In this document: positions 42,949-55,500 of the stretch, in pieces
How the letters are laid out: each line of letters begins with the position of its first letter
How positions within the stretch are numbered: position 1 is the stretch's first letter
Assembly: GCA_965644315.1 (NCBI GenBank)
Contig: CBFFRQ010000077.1
Location: 1 to 64,000, forward strand
Reading direction: 5' to 3'
Source of the DNA: Caecitellus pseudoparvulus
Taxonomy: Eukaryota > Protista > Bigyra: Bicosoecida
DNA length: 64,000 nucleotides
Position numbers and translations under genes: made by a program
Notes under the pieces: model-generated
Told to the model about the DNA's origin: nothing
What the model saw: the letters and a program-made list of their open reading frames with translations, nothing else
The model's database searches: none

Positions 42949-43896
42949 ATGGCTGCTCTCTCAATTGTCTTGCTCCTGGGGGCAGTGGCAAACCTATTGC
43001 ACCCCGTACCAGCTTGTGTCCTGTCACACCAAGATTCAGGCACCTGCACTCCGGTAAACGAGCTTCCCAGTCAAATTCCATTCTGCAGCAGCGTTGTCAA
43101 GTACACTGCATGCCTGCCGAGGACAGTGGTGCGCGAGCAGCCTCCGCCCCCTGCCAACGCGCATGAAACGCAGCGCCGGCCACGCCTGCTTCGTGCAGGA
43201 ACCGTGGACGAACCACACAGCAGCAGCCAAAGATCAGTGGGTTGCATCGAGTGTGAGAAGTGTCATTTCTACCCGTATCGCCATTGAAAACAACCTGACC
43301 TACTTGCAACGAGGTGCGTGCTTATCCGCGGGCACGTCAGACCAAAGCTCTCCAACAGTTGACACTTCCCGCAGGTGTGAACGAAAATGGCATTGTTGGC
43401 GACATTGCACAACGCTTTACTGATGGCCAAGACTGCCAGGACGCCTATCGGAACTTTGCATGCTTTCTGAACTTCCCGCGATGCGACGGGGAGCTCAAGA
43501 GCATGACCCTCTGCAGAAGTGTTTGTGAGAACTTCTTCATCGCGTGCAACGTAAGTGGGGAACACGATCATCACCATGCGATCCGTGTTCAAGCGTGAAT
43601 ACCACAGCTTCCTGTGCTGTGCGCAGTACCCCGAGGATTTGTGGCGGTGTGGCAACCCAGTATTCTTCGGGGCTGATGAGCCGGAGGAAGAGACGGACAT
43701 CGATGAGAACGGACTGCCCATCTTCTGGACGGCGCCCTTTCCAGGCCTCCCCTTCACAGCCAACCGCTTCGATGGAGACGGCAACCCGCTTGAAGCGTGC
43801 ACTCCCAGCATCGCCGGCAGCGCTGCGACGTCCCACACAGCAGCGCTCGCCGCTTTGCTCGCAGCTGCGGCAGCCCTGGCAAGCATGCTCGTGTAA
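42949..43896 (+). CDS. Secreted/GPI-type protein with a Frizzled-like cysteine-rich domain (3 introns)
   Basis: Signal peptide. Spliced CQDAYRNFACFLNFPRC..LCRSVCENFFIAC. Hydrophobic C-terminal tail after TPSIAGSA. Confidence 0.75.
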
Positions 43897-43935
43897 ACAT
43901 ACGGCCCAGTCCAGACCACACTGCTTCGGCAAAGA

Positions 43936-44835
43936 CTACTTGCTGAACATGCCACGCCACTGCTGGTGGCCGCCCAGGACCGCTGTGAAGAGGCCCATGC
44001 TGTTCAAAAGCGTTGGTGACAAACCCAGCCCCTGTGGTAGGGAGTAGTGAAGCGTCACAAGCCAGTCAACAAAGTACCGCAGAATGGACAGGCCTTCACT
44101 CGTCAGCTCTTCCTCACAGACTGCCAGGCGCTGCCGGAGAGTCGCGAGGGCTTCCTGTGGAGGCAGGCCGGGGTCTTCCCCTTCCTCCCGCGGAGACTTG
44201 GCAGAACCGTCAGCGGGCACTGCACTTGAGACGTCAGGCACTGTCGCCTGTCGGTGCACTTCAGCCTCGGCTGAAGCGATGCCAGCACGCAGTTTCGCAA
44301 CCTCGCCGAAAGTGGTGGCAGCTTGTTGCGCCTTCAACAGCAGCTGGCAAGCCAAAAAGAGACACGCACAGCGCGTCCCGAACGTCTGCAATCGGGACAC
44401 AGTGGGCGCTGGCATTACTCCAGGCACAGCTTTATTGAGCCAGGCCACGTGGTCTGTGGGATGGAACAGGATCATGGACACAGCCCCTGCATCGTGTAGA
44501 AGGGCCAGGACGGGATCCCTGCCCCGGTGCGGGTTCCGAGCCAGCGCAACCACCCAGTCTGCCAATCCAAAGAAGCGAAGCATGTGCCGTCCTTCGGTAA
44601 CTTTGTCCGCCACACGGCCCAAAGCCTGCTCGCCAGCAAACGCTGCCAGCTGCAAGCGCGGGTCCGCATCGCCAAAGCCATCCGAGGCCTGAAGCCGCTG
44701 CAGGCCCAAAGCAGCCAGCCGGGACGCATACACCATGACCTTAAACACTTTGTCTGATCCCCAAATATTGCTGGTGAAGGTGCTGAACTTCCCCAGCACC
44801 TCCACAGTGGCGTCCACAGCGTCACCTTCAGCCAT
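43936..44835 (-). CDS. PEX11: Peroxisomal biogenesis factor 11-like
   Basis: DKVFKVMVYASR, RHMLRFFG, DHVAWL and a C-terminal TM helix GLFTAVLG. Confidence 0.75.
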   Translation of the reverse strand: MAEGDAVDATVEVLGKFSTFTSNIWGSDKVFKVMVYASRLAALGLQRLQASDGFGDADPRLQLAAFAGEQALGRVADKVTEGRHMLRFFGLADWVVALARNPHRGRDPVLALLHDAGAVSMILFHPTDHVAWLNKAVPGVMPAPTVSRLQTFGTRCACLFLACQLLLKAQQAATTFGEVAKLRAGIASAEAEVHRQATVPDVSSAVPADGSAKSPREEGEDPGLPPQEALATLRQRLAVCEEELTSEGLSILRYFVDWLVTLHYSLPQGLGLSPTLLNSMGLFTAVLGGHQQWRGMFSK

Positions 44836-45227
44836 GGTGCCAACGGCACTGCAGCACGCCAACGGCAGGAAATGGGTCCGGCAAGAGACGAGGCAGCTTT
44901 CCAAGAGCTGACTGGTGCAGAAGGACGACAGTATTCATTTTCAATGGAGTCTTATGTGCAGCGGGACTTGTTTGGCCTTGGTGTCATTTTGCTCATGATG
45001 CGAATCTGCCCAAAGCGAAACGCAGGCGTTGAGCTGCGACTTGCGGTCAATGAGAAAAGGCCAGCACAATAAAATCCCGCGCAGCAGCAAGAAGTCACTG
45101 TGCAAGCTTCATTGTCACCTGCACACTGTCTTGCAGCAAGGGCTGTGGCCGCCTTGGACTGCAAGCGTGTCGGCGCTTGCGTTTCACTCCTCCACACCGC
45201 CCAGCGTCACAGCTCACTCTGCGAAGA

Positions 45228-46336
45228 ATGGAGGCACTGGCGTTCTGTGGGCTCGCTGGGCCATCTGGCTCCATGATGCAGGCCCAGGGAAGGTGGCGCT
45301 TGGGTGAGAAGGCCTCGCCGCAGTACGCAGCGCATCCTGGTGCGCACTCCCTTGCCCACTCCATCCTCGAGCAGTGACGGGGATTGCCCTCTTGAACTGG
45401 CTGCTGCTGGTGGTCTCTGTCGGACACACGGGCTGGATTGACGGGACGGGACCGCAGAATGCCAACCCTGGATCCCGTGGCCTCGACTTTCACTTCGGTC
45501 AGTGCACGCTGCGACAGAAGGTGCGGAAGTTGGCTTCGCGAGCATCCCTGCTCCCCTCCCGCAGGCCTCCAAACGTTCAGGTATTTTGAGAAGACGAACC
45601 TCATGGGAGTGGCAGTCATAACAACAACATCCTACGATGGTAGGTGCTTGCTCTGTGTTCAACCAGCGCACGGCCGAGCACTGCCCATGTATCCCCCACA
45701 GCTGACCAAGCTCTGGATGTGGCCAACCACAAAAATGCCGGCACGCACCAGGTGAAGCCTGGGCAGCTGTATGCCACACTGGGCCTCATGGTGACAGCTG
45801 TCGTCCTGCAGACGCTGGTGTTGTTGGCCCTCGCCCAACAACGCACAGGCTTCTTCGGGACGAACTTGGAAGTGACGTGGCGAGCTCGCGCTTGCTCCCT
45901 GTGCAACGTCATCTTCGTCATCGCCGCAGTGGGCGCCTTTGCCAATGCGGGATACCTCGATGCGCTCAAAGCTGCCTACGATGCCGACAAGGACGACGAG
46001 ACGCACTATGGCGACGGGTTCAATTCCGCTGCGACGTCCATCGCTGGCCTGCTCATCCAGCTGGCCCTTACTGTCGTCTTTGCAGGCAGCCTGGAACAAG
46101 TGGCCAAGTACTACGCAGCACTGGGGATCGACTCGGGGAACGGCATCGCTGCTGCGGCTGCTGGCTTGTCGGGCACGGATGAGGCCGCCAGCGGCGGCAC
46201 CGCCTCCTCCGCCTACACGACACTGACGCCTGAGGAACGCGCACGGATCCTTGGCAAGTCTGCCCCAGATGGGGATGCTGACTCCGAAGAGCAAGGAGGC
46301 GGCTACCAAGGCTCTTCTGCGTATGCCTCACTCTGA
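45228..46336 (+). CDS. Four-TM membrane protein, claudin/PMP22/amastin-like topology (3 introns)
   Basis: Spliced TM1 followed by W..(F)GL, then two TMs and YGDGF before TM4. Confidence 0.55.
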
Positions 46337-46542
46337 CGTGGGGAAGCAGAGCGCAATGCACCACCTCGACAAGTGCGACGGCTGGAACTACCATTCTTTT
46401 CGACAGTGCAGAGAGAGACGATCACGCTCAGCTACAAGGTACGCCGGCGCAAGGAAGCGCATCTGAGATCTGATTCCAACATCAGAACGGCTGATCTGCG
46501 GCAACATGCATTCGTCTTGTGGGCACGGGGCACTAGAGGTCC

Positions 46543-49500
46543 TTACTTGCCTAGCAGCCGGCCACACAGCCGAGCGAACCAAGCCTGAAACAGAAGAGCA
46601 GCTGGACCGAGAACCCCTGCATCCCTGCCTGTCCCCTTGATGCGGGAGTTCAAACTACTCAAGGAGAATGAGGCCTCTGACAAAGCCGCCACATCCCCAC
46701 CGCACACACCTGCAACATTGATCAACACGTCTGACAGCTCCTCCGCATCCCCGCTGACCCACGCGGCACGCAGCTGCTCTTCAAGAACATGGCGATCATC
46801 CTCGCTGTGCAGAGCCAAAGGCTTGAACTCCCTCAGCACATCCTCCAACACCGAGTCATCCGGCACACCTTGGTCTGCGGCTGGTGCCGCCACTGCAGGT
46901 GGTGGGGCGGCAGATGCCGCAATCGGGGACTCCCCGGTGAAGGCCGAACCCTGAGCCATGCCACTAGGCGCGGCCGTGCCATGCTGTGCAGGCTTGGCTC
47001 GACCCTTACTCCTAACCTGGCCCACCCACCCTTGGAAACGACCAACAGCTTTTCCAAAACCTCCCAACGCAGCACCTCGCTGTTGGTGGCGGTCTTTGAT
47101 GCTCTGCAAGCAACCTTGTGCACTCCGCAGTGCCGCCACATCCCCGCCACACACACCTGCAATGTCGATCAGCACGTCTGATAGCTCCCCCGCATCTCCA
47201 CTGGCCCATGCTGCACGCAGCCGCCTTTTACGAGCACGGCGATGTTGCTTGCTGTATCGAGCGAAAGGCTTGAAGTCCCTCAGCACATCCTCCAGCACCA
47301 CATGATCCCGAACAGCCTGGCCTGTGGCTGATGTTGCCACTGCAGGGGGAAGGGTGGTAGCTGCCTTCCGCCCAGACGGCTTTGTGCCCGGCGTAGCCTT
47401 GGTCTTGGCCTTTGCTGTGCCACTTGGCCCAGTCGTGCCACGTTGTGAAGGCTTGACATGCCCTTCGATCCCCACTCGATGCACCCACCCTTGAAACACC
47501 CGAAAAGCTTCAGCAAGAGCTCCCAACGCAACACCTCGCTGTTGGTGGCGGTCTTTGATGCTCTGCAAGCAACTCTGGGACTCCTGCAGTGCTGCAACAT
47601 CGCCACCGCACACACCTGCAATGTCGATCAGTACGCCAGATAGCTCCCCCGCATCCCCACTGGCCCAAGCGGCACGCAGCTGCTCTTCAAGGACACGTCG
47701 ATCTTCCTTGCTGTATCGAGCGAAAGGCTTGAAGTTCTTCAGCACCTCCTCCAGCACAGTATCGTCCTGCACAACCTGGCCTGTGACTGATGCCGCCACT
47801 GCAGGTGCTGTTGTGGCCGTTGACTTCTGGTCAGATGGCTTTGTGTCCTGCGAAGTGTTGGCCTTGGCCTTAGTCTTGGTTTTGGCCTTGGCCTTGGCCT
47901 TGGCCTTGGCTGGTGCTGCCGTGCCTTCGCCTTTGGGTAAAGTCACGCGTGACACGTCAGAAGTCTGGCTGTTGGGGGCTGACTTGTCAGAGCCTCTGCT
48001 GGTCCGGGATGGTCGCTTGTAAGTTGCTCTGTCTCGTTTGCTGTGAGCAAGCACAGCCACCGGCACCACACTTGGCGGTGCTGGCGAAGGTGCTGGAGGT
48101 TGAGCGGCTGGTTGTGGTTTCTTCAAGCTCGCAGTATGCATCCTCTCGAAGTCCATTCCCAGCTCCGATTCCAGCTCCTTCACAGCAAGTTTGGCTGCAT
48201 CCAAGGCCTCAAGAAACATGTCTGTCGGTGACGTATGGGAACTTCGCCGACGGATGAGCGCTGGCGGAGCGAAAGAGCAGGAGGACCGGGTACCTGCGGC
48301 CTGGAACCTTGCGCCAGATGCCCATTCAACTGGGACCAGCAACCCGTGCTTCGTCCAAAGGCTAAAGGCAGGAAAAGGAAGGGCGGCTGCGAGACGAAGG
48401 GTGGACGATTCAACCCCTCCCCCCATGGCAGTACCTGCGGCGGTTGAACTGCTGGCATCAAGTGCGGCAAACGCCGCATCCTGCAGAACACATGCCCCAA
48501 TGTTCGTTCCTGAGGACGGTTCACCACCGTCCATGCCGGAAGCGGTCTGCCGAGCGGCTGCCCCAGCGCGCCCCGCTGCACGAATGCACCGAATGATCAA
48601 TGACTGCAGCTCTGGGACGTGAGGAGAGGGCTGCAGCATGCACGACAAGGACTGGAGGAGCTTGAGGGCATTTATCGCGCGCAAGTTTGAAAGGGACCAG
48701 TTCAAATTAGTCCAGGAACGGTCTCCCTCCAGCTTTACGCTGCGAATGCGAAGACCAGAGCTTTCCTTGCCATCGGCATCAGCGGCACCGACGCGCCCCA
48801 TCCAAGAGCAGTCCACTGAGAACTGGCTGCAACGTGTCCCCAGCAAGCAGGCAGCCGCCACCATGCCATCATCAGGCCACAGAGCTGACACGTGGTCAAG
48901 TGAAAGGCTGTGCTCTGAAGCGCCTGCCTTGCAAAACGTGAACCACGCACGGTCTGGGCTGCTCGCACCCAGTGGCAGCAGCCGTGTTCTGCTGTGTGGA
49001 GAAGCCAGGCCAACATCGCCTGGCGGAACACACAAAACAGCACCCTCAGTGGACACTGCATGCGAAGTGCTTGCTGATGATCTGCCTTGGCGACGACCTC
49101 GCGCAGATGGACGGCCCCGCTTCAGCCCCGTAACGGCTGTACCGTCGTCACTATCAGCTTCAGCAGCTGCCCCGCCCCCCTCTTTCCCGATTGCGGATGG
49201 TCTCTGAAACAATGGTGTGTCTTCAGACCAGGTGGAGGCAAATTTTGAGAAAGCGTGCGCGTTTGTGTAAGGAGAGAAGGCTAGCTTTGAACACTGCAGC
49301 GAGGAGCTCAAGCACAGGTGCAAGTCTCGAAAGCTGTCAGCATCTTGCCAGTGGGCTGTAACCATGGTCGCCTCCCACCCCCCCCCCAAGGCATCACTGT
49401 CTTCATCTGCTGCCAAAGACAGAAAGCCGCGGAAGTACGTTCGTGTGTCCAGTCGCACCTGGTCTTCCACAGCGACAAGCTCTGGGTCAAAGGCGGGAGG

Positions 49501-52500
49501 CAGCACGCCAGCTCCGGCCTCACCAGAAACCGATGCCTGCTCTGCAGATTTTGCCTTCTTGACGCTTGGAGAAATGAGACAGCCCCAGTTTGGTGACTTG
49601 AAGTGCTTCTTGACAGTCCCAACCACATGGCACTTGGCTCGTCCCCGTGTGGCTCCGACTGGGCTGCTAAGTGCTGCCGCGCCGCCGCTGAAGAGCTGCT
49701 CGATTCTTTGGAGCACTTCGGCCCTCCCACCACTGTTGACAATGCGGAACGAAGAAGCTCTCATTTTTTGCAGCAAGGGAAGTCGCAAATTGCCCCCGAA
49801 ACGCGTTCGCAGCAAGCAAAGCATGGAAGGGTGGATGCCGCTGCGCAAGGGTGCAGCACTGGAAGCTCTGAGCACATCTACAAAACCTTCGTCATGTTGC
49901 ACTTCAGCATGCAGAGCTGATTGTGCGTCATACGCACCCGTAGCAGGGTCACGAAGGCACGATCTTGGCTTCCGTAGGTGAAAGTCAGCCCCAGCTGCGG
50001 TGCGAATGACTGACCTTGGCAGGCTTACACAGGTCCCGGCCGGTGTGCGGTATGCAACTGTTGTTCCTTGGTCATGAACACGCCGTCCAGCCGTGGGGAC
50101 TGCGTGGGGATCGGTGGGAAGCCCAGAATACTTGCAAGACGGCTTTCCTTGGGCCCACGGGTTGAACAGGAGCAATGCCGATGCTTTGCACGTCGTCGCC
50201 GTTGACTTCAGTGTGGCCAAGTCTGACTCTAGACCTTCCAGGTTCAAGTGGAGGCTTGATAGCTGATCGCGGAGATCTTCCTCGGCTTGTGGATCGGTGG
50301 TGATAGAGAGCTCCTCCTCAAGAGCCACTTGCTCCGCTACGAGCTGCTCCTTCATGCGGGCCAGCTTCGCCTTCGACCGCTGCTGTTCTGGCACCACAAG
50401 CAGCAAGCCGCACTGAATGGCTTCAGGAAGTGCGGCGACGAGGACTTCAGGCTGCGAGTGTGAGGTCATGTCCACAGTCACAGTCAACAAGAACTCGTCC
50501 AATCGTTGTGGGTCCGCTTGGAGCATGGCCCGCATGCTCTTCAGGCTCGCCAGATAGTCTTCAGCACTCACACCAGGTGGGGGCCACAGGCGATCCATGA
50601 CTTGGGCGCCCTCTTTCAGCCGTGACGCGTCACCGGTCACCAGATCGCACCATCGCTCTGGGAGCTGTGGTGCTCGTGCCTTGCGTCTTGCGCCCTTTGG
50701 GTAAACAAGCGCGGCACTCACCTCGCGAATCCGACGGTCGAGCTTTATGGCAATCCATGCAACGTTGCTGGACACGGCTTGTGAAGCTGCCTTGCGTTTT
50801 GGGAGCACGCATGCGAGGTTCTCGGAATGCGTCATAGCGATGAGGGAACGCAGGACATCCTCGTCTTGGCACAAGCACTCTTCGGGGACCTTTCTCTTAG
50901 AATCCCGAAGACAGCGGGCTGCAGCTTGCAACGCAGCATGCTGGTCGGCCACCCCTTCGTCATCCGGCAGGTGAAGCTGAAAGTAGCCACCGCCTCCTCG
51001 CCCTGACTGGACTCTTGCTTGCACCTCTGACAATTTCCGAAAATGGTCAAGGGCGCAGTTGTGAATGGCATGAAGAGCTTTTGCCTTGAGACTGTGCTTG
51101 ACGGCCCAAAAAATGCGTTTACCGGAAGGAGTGCTCCTCCAGTGCAAATACGCATTCCGGATGGCAAGAACATCTGACCCATTATCACTCCGAGTGGCAG
51201 ACATGCTTGCCGAGGCCGACGCCCGCATGCCAAGAACTTTTGCTACACTGCCAAAGGAGCTCTGTGGCTGCAAGAAGGGGCTGTCGTTCTCAATGATGGA
51301 GGCAAGGAGGCAGGCTTCAAAGGGGAGGTTCATGGCATATCCCAACCGCAGAAGCAAAGCCGTCTTTTCGTGTTGCGGGAAGCTTGCCATCCACATGCCT
51401 AGCTCTGTCAGCTTCGCATCCTCAGACGCAGACTGGAGTGCCCCAAGTCGCGCAAGGTGGCTCACCGCATCACGCAGCTGTTGCATGCTTGGTGGATCAA
51501 GAGCTTGCTTGAGCAGTTCGCTAACCCTCCCATCGAGCCCTGTTGTCTTGATTCGCAAGATGGTGTTGCGCAGAGGGAGGCGAAGCATTTCCGGGCTGTC
51601 GTGGGGCGGCATGCCAGAAGTGAAGAGAGCCTTGGGGTACAAGCGAAAGGCAACGCCTGGCATCTCGCGCCCCGCTCGACCGCTGCGTTGGGCTGCGGAG
51701 GCTTGCGAAACCCAAACTTGCACGAGCCCCGGCTGCCCATGCTTTGAATCAACTTGCATCTGCTTGGCCACCCCCAAATCAATGACGTGGGAGACCTTAG
51801 GGAGAGTCACAGATGACTCGACAACATTCGTTCCGATGACAACACGCGCCTTGGTGACCATGCCACCAGTTCGGTCAAAAGCCCGGAGCTGCTGGTCGAA
51901 CTCGATTGACGAGTGCATCGGCTGAACGACCAGGGTCTCTCTCTTGCGAACATCCACCAACCTTGGGTCGTCAAACAAATCTGTCAAGGAGTTCAGCGTG
52001 GCCATCCCATCAACAAAGATCAACACGGTGTGCCTGGGCCGTGCAACTGCGACTGCGAGCTCTACAGCCAGCCTCAGCTGAGTTTTCAACCCCTGACCCA
52101 AAAACCTCGGCATGGGAGCGGACCATGCCCTCTTGCCAGGCCTTTGAGCAAAGCACTTTGCGAATTTTTCAACAAGGGGTTGGACTCTTTGCCTCTGCCC
52201 AGGTGTCAGCAGAGGTAGACCCGCACCCCCGCTCTTCCACGTGCGCATCAGCTCATCCAGGAACACAGGGGTCACCTCATAGCGTTTGGCTCCGACGAAA
52301 ATGGCCTCAGGTGTGGGTTCACTTGGGATGCAGTCAAAGTACTCACTGAACAGCCCGGCCTGCAAGGTGGCAGACATGAGCACGAGGCGAGTTCGGCGCC
52401 GGTTTTGAGGAGCTCCATCTGCAGACAGTGAAGAAGGATGCTTGCCACCAGGCGCAACCCCAAAGTCATCATCATCTGCATCAAGGTAGGGTGTGTGTGG

Positions 52501-55500
52501 AGTGGATGGGCAGTGATCTTTGGTCAGCAGCTTCTTCAGCAGTAGACAAAGCAAGTCTGAGTCAGAGCTGCGCTCATGCACCTCGTCCAGGATGATGTGG
52601 GAGTACGAGGACAGCTTCTCCTTATTGTGGCTAAGCCACGTGAGCATCCAGGCAGTGGTCACGAAAGTAAGTTGGGTACCTTGCGACACGCATATTTCAC
52701 GTCCAATTCTGTACCCAACAGTCTTGCCGACAGCCTCCCCACGTTCTGATGCCACTCGCTTTGCGAGAGATGTCGCAGCGATACGAGTTGGCTGGCACAC
52801 TAACACCCTCGGCTTTCGCGCTGCCTGTGAATCATCTAGAACAAACTGTGGAACCTGTGTGCTCTTTCCACACCCAGTCTCTCCCTGGATGACTGTGATT
52901 GTCCGGTTGCGGATGTTGTCAATGATGCCTTCGCGGTGATCCAAGATGGGCAGCCGAGCAGAGCCATCACCCTCCTCTGGCAATGGGGTGCTTGCCTCCT
53001 CAATTTCTTCTTGAGTGGCCACTGGCAACTGTACTTCAAAGGGATTGAAGTACTCCAGACGCTGCTCCACCTCCACCGCCCCCGCCGGAAACGCACCCCC
53101 CTCTGCACGAGACGGCTCACCTCCCTCACCCCAATACCTCAACACATCCCCCAACACACCCTCACGCAGCGCGTCAAAGTACGCACGACCCGCCTCAGGC
53201 AGTGCCTCACGACCCGCCACCACCGCGGGATGCAGCCCACACCCCTCGCGCTGGCACGCCTCACGCTCCACCGCATCCAACAACCCGTACAACGTGCGGC
53301 CATCGTACACACCACCCAACCACACCATCGGCAACGCCCCGCCACCCCCCGCACCACCCGCCACCGCATCACCACCTGCTGCACCCACGCCTGCTCCTGC
53401 TACTGCCGCACCGCCCTCAACACCCGACATCGGCCACCGCACAGACTCGGGTGCCGGGCTCGCGCTGCCCCCCAGACCGCACATCACGCCGGCGTTCATG
53501 AACTCGTCCACCACGTTCTGGTAGCACTTCACCATCTCCACGTGCTCGTACCGAGGCACCTCAGCACGGTCCAACGCCAGACCGCTCGGACACCCAAACT
53601 CCAACGACACCAGCATCAACAACAGCACGTCCACCTGCACTGGCGTCAACAACACAGGCGCCGACATCGCCACGCCACTGCTGGCTCCCAATGTAACGTG
53701 TGCCTCTGTCTTGCGTGCCCACATGAGCTGCAGGCCCATGAGGTACCGCAGGGCCAGTGCGCCGACGATGGGTGTGGCAGACCGTGCATGGTCGGGGGGG
53801 GTGTCTTGCATGGCCTCCATGAACATGCGGTCAAGCAGCGGCAATTCGTCATCGTCTGGGGCCAGAAGCGTCTCAACCTTCCCTACCTGCATAGCTTTCT
53901 CAAGAATCGCATGGTGCTCTGCGTTTCTGACCTTAGAAACGCTGACGGGGCCGACAGGCCAGCTCCATGTTTCGCCTGCCGCTGAGTTGGCGGCAGAACT
54001 GGTTGTCACGCTCACGAGACGCAGCCAAGTCTTGAGGCGCTCCTCGCGAGACCCGTTGAAGTGTGCAAAGTTTGGAATGCTTGTTTCCTGCAGAGACGCT
54101 TGGATGGCAGCAGCGTCTTGGGGATCAACGCATCTGCACAGCTCGGGCTCTGGCGTCTCAAGATCGCCAACGACATTCACACCCCGGAACACAAAGTATG
54201 CCCGTGTGACACTATCGCCGGATTCAGTAGCGGCGGTGGCTGACCCCTCATCGTGTGGAGTTGGCTCGCTGACTCCTTCTCCTGCTGTGGGCACCGGAGG
54301 GGCAGCAGCCCCAGCCTCATGGGCCCACGTGTCAAATGGAGTGTGGCCATTCAGCATGATACACCCCGTGCAGAACGCCCTGCGACCCAGCGATCCGGTT
54401 GACGAGGCAATCAGGGGTGCTGTGACGAGCGAGGCCAACGGCAAGCTAGCTTCCCATGCAGCTGCTCGCCGAATGGCCTGCTTCCTCTCTGTACTATCGT
54501 CCAGATCTTGCAAATCATCTAGAGTGAACTCCAGATCCGAGAGGGATGGCGATGGAAAGTCTCTTGCAACCCATGACAACCCATCGGAGGAACCAGCCCA
54601 CGCTTTGCCTGAGGCGACCACTCGCGCCGTCTCATTAAGGTGAAGCTTGTACAGCCAGATGAGGGCTTGCCCAGACGTGTATGGCTTTTGAACGCCAGCA
54701 CACGTCGAGAGATCGACCAGGTTCTGAGCCAGTGCAAGGGCCACTTGCTCACAGCTCTCCCCATCCCCGGCAAGATCCTGGACACTGCATGCCTCAAGCA
54801 CTCTCTGAGACCTTTCCATCAATTCGCAAGTTTCAAAGCGGTCCACGGCAAGGGTGTGCGACACGCTGTCGATGAAGCGTTGCTCAACCTCCCCAACTGC
54901 GCCGGGAAACAGTAAGTCGCGGGTACTTTCCCAAGCTCCCCTTGGGTCACGATCACAGCCTGCAGTGGCGTCGATTTCCACTTTGTGAAGCAGAGCCTTC
55001 AGTGCCTTGGCAGCAGCGGGAACGTTGGGTAGGTCCTGGGACAGAGGTGGGAGCCCCAGACGTGTTCGAAGGTCGGCGTCTTCGACGAGCTGCTTCGTGT
55101 AGTCGTTCCCTGCAAATGCGCCGACCAGTCCAAGGAAGTCTTCATGCAGACTTAGCTCGCTGCCCAAGTCAGCAGCGGTCAGAGCTGGAAGCACAAGCTC
55201 ATCATCAGTCGGCCACCGGTGCGCCATGCCCGCGACCGCGCCCGGCTGGGCAGCCTCGCCGGGAACTTGAAGCTCATCTACAGCTGCCGCCACAAGAGTG
55301 CCAATCACCTCACTCAGCTGCAGTGGATGCCATGTGCATCCAGCCACCGTAGCGAAGTCAGTGTCACTACTGACTACCCCCTCACACACCCCTCGCACAA
55401 CCAGTGCGGAGAGAAGGTCATCGGCTTCGCCTGCGGCTTGAACGACATGCACTTGGGCCTGACAGCCCTCAAGTGGTGTGTGGCTGACTTTCTCCAAGAC

